64,000 bases of DNA. Origin: Alphaproteobacteria bacterium. GTDB taxonomy: Bacteria > Pseudomonadota > Alphaproteobacteria > GCA-2731375. Below are positions 62,559 through 64,000 of this stretch, in pieces (within the stretch, counting starts at the first letter, position 1; the number at the start of each line of letters is the position of its first letter). Both the position numbers and the translations under genes were made by a program. The notes under the pieces were generated by a model, which saw only the letters and a program-made list of their open reading frames with translations, had not been told where the DNA came from and ran no database searches. The stretch covers positions 320,001 to 384,000 of the forward strand of contig CBDDBZ010000034.1 of assembly GCA_965225945.1 (NCBI GenBank), in the 5' to 3' direction.

Positions 62559-63256
62559 GCGGGCGCGTTTACGGCATCGGCGTCGGCCCGGGCGATCCGG
62601 AGCTGATCACGCTGAAGGCGCTGCGCCTGCTGACCACGGCACCGGTCATCGCCTATCCCGCGACCGAAACCGGCGAGAGCGTGGCGCGCCAGATCGTCGC
62701 CCCGCATCTCGCCGGCGGGCAGCGGGAAATCCCCATTCCGATCCCGATTCAGAGCGGCCCCTTCCCGGACGAGGGGGTCTACGAGCGGGCCGCCGAGGAG
62801 ATCCTGGCCGTGGTCGCCGGCGGCGAGGACGTGGTCGTGCTGTGCGAGGGCGATCCCTTCTTCTACGGCTCCTTCCTCTATCTCTATGCCCGCCTGGCGG
62901 ACCGCTGCCCGGTGGAGGTGGTGCCGGGCGTCTCCTCCCTGATGGCCTGCGCGGCGGTGCTGGGGGCGCCGCTGGCCGCGCGGAACGACGTGCTGGCGGT
63001 GCTGCCCGCGACGCTCGACGAAGCGACGCTCCGGAGCCGGATCGCCGCCGCCGATGGCGTAGCGCTGATCAAGGTCGGCCGCCACCTGGAGAAGGTGCGC
63101 GGCGTCCTGAATGGGATGGGACTGGCCGACGACGCCCGCTATATCGAGCGCGCGACCATGGCAACGCAGCGCCTCCTGCCGTTGGCCGAGGCACCGGCGC
63201 CGGCGCCCTATTTCTCCATGATCCTGGTCCACCGGCGCGGCGAGGCGTGGCGATGA
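62555..63256 (+). CDS. cobI: Precorrin-2 C20-methyltransferase
   Basis: GIGVGPGDPELITLKA, EGDPFFYGS, PGVSS, PYFS. Confidence 0.95.
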   Translation: MSGRVYGIGVGPGDPELITLKALRLLTTAPVIAYPATETGESVARQIVAPHLAGGQREIPIPIPIQSGPFPDEGVYERAAEEILAVVAGGEDVVVLCEGDPFFYGSFLYLYARLADRCPVEVVPGVSSLMACAAVLGAPLAARNDVLAVLPATLDEATLRSRIAAADGVALIKVGRHLEKVRGVLNGMGLADDARYIERATMATQRLLPLAEAPAPAPYFSMILVHRRGEAWR

Positions 63257-64000
63257 GCCGCCCGGCGATCATCGCGCTCACCGCTAACGGCGCCACGTTG
63301 GCGCGCCGCATCGCGGACGCGCTGGGCGACGGCGAGATCCACGGCCTCGCGCGCCGCGTGGTTGCGGCCGACGTCGGCTTCGAGGACGTCGGCGATCATC
63401 TCCGCGCACTGTTCGGCGCCGGGCGGCCCATCGTCGGCCTCTGCGCCACCGGAATTCTGATCCGCGCGCTGGCGCGAGAGCTCAGTCACAAGCGGGCGGA
63501 ACCACCGGTGCTGGCGGTGGCGGAGGACGGTTCCGCCGTCGTGCCGTTGCTGGGGGGTCATCGGGGCGCCAACGACCTGGCCCGGCGCATTGCAGACGAG
63601 CTCGGTGGGACCGCCGCGCTCACCACCGCGGGCGACGTTCGCCTCGATTTGGCGCTCGATTCACCGCCTCCCGGCTGGCGCGTCGCCGATCCGGACCCCG
63701 CGAAGGCGGTAACCGCAGCACTTCTCGCGGGCGAAGCCGTGGCACTCCATGTCGAGGCCGGGGAGGCGGATTGGCTGGTCCGGGGCGGCGCCGTGTTTTC
63801 GGGCGAGGGCGAGACGGCGGTACGCCTCACCGATCGAATTGTCCCGGCGCGGCCGGGCGAACTGCTGCTTCATCCGGCGACCCTGGCGCTCGGCGTCGGA
63901 ACCGAGCGGGGGGCGCCGCCCGAGGCGCTCCGCGAGCTGGTTCTCGAAGCGCTCGCGGCGGAGGGCTTCGCACTCCCCTCGATCGCCTGCGTCGTCTCGC
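63253..64000 (+). CDS. cobJ: CbiG-domain protein, probably the CbiG-CobJ fusion (partial, runs off the window)
   Basis: Hand translation: GLCATGILIRALA, EPPVLAVAEDGS.VVPLLGGHRGAN, LGVG.ERG; the methyltransferase half is not visible. Confidence 0.75.
   Translation, partial: MSRPAIIALTANGATLARRIADALGDGEIHGLARRVVAADVGFEDVGDHLRALFGAGRPIVGLCATGILIRALARELSHKRAEPPVLAVAEDGSAVVPLLGGHRGANDLARRIADELGGTAALTTAGDVRLDLALDSPPPGWRVADPDPAKAVTAALLAGEAVALHVEAGEADWLVRGGAVFSGEGETAVRLTDRIVPARPGELLLHPATLALGVGTERGAPPEALRELVLEALAAEGFALPSIACVVS

Overview
GC-rich bacterial DNA whose gene content and order (efp-suhB, pdxH beside a 17-kDa surface antigen gene, puuD/puuE/xdhABC, cobW-cobN-cobO-cobQ, a Cle-like regulator) point to an alphaproteobacterium; this is an inference. 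Left to right: (1) a corrinoid activator (ASKHA/RACo-like) and a pterin-binding methyltransferase; (2) small catabolic genes; (3) a pentapeptide-repeat gene split in frame by a complete group II intron (8597-10605) whose RT is frameshifted; (4) housekeeping genes; (5) a purine uptake and degradation cluster; (6) a Fic gene, an uncharacterised 4-repeat His-motif protein and an acyl-CoA synthetase; (7) an accessory block with a broken hybrid histidine kinase, a Cle-like regulator and a three-gene ino1 / IMPase-family / IPCT-DIPPS operon, the gene set that makes di-myo-inositol-phosphate in hyperthermophiles; (8) a cobalamin riboswitch and a cob cluster that runs off the window and includes a DUF429-like::CobH fusion. 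Three tandem duplications, each paired with a small indel, may be assembly artefacts. All assignments come from motif recognition by eye; no searches were run.
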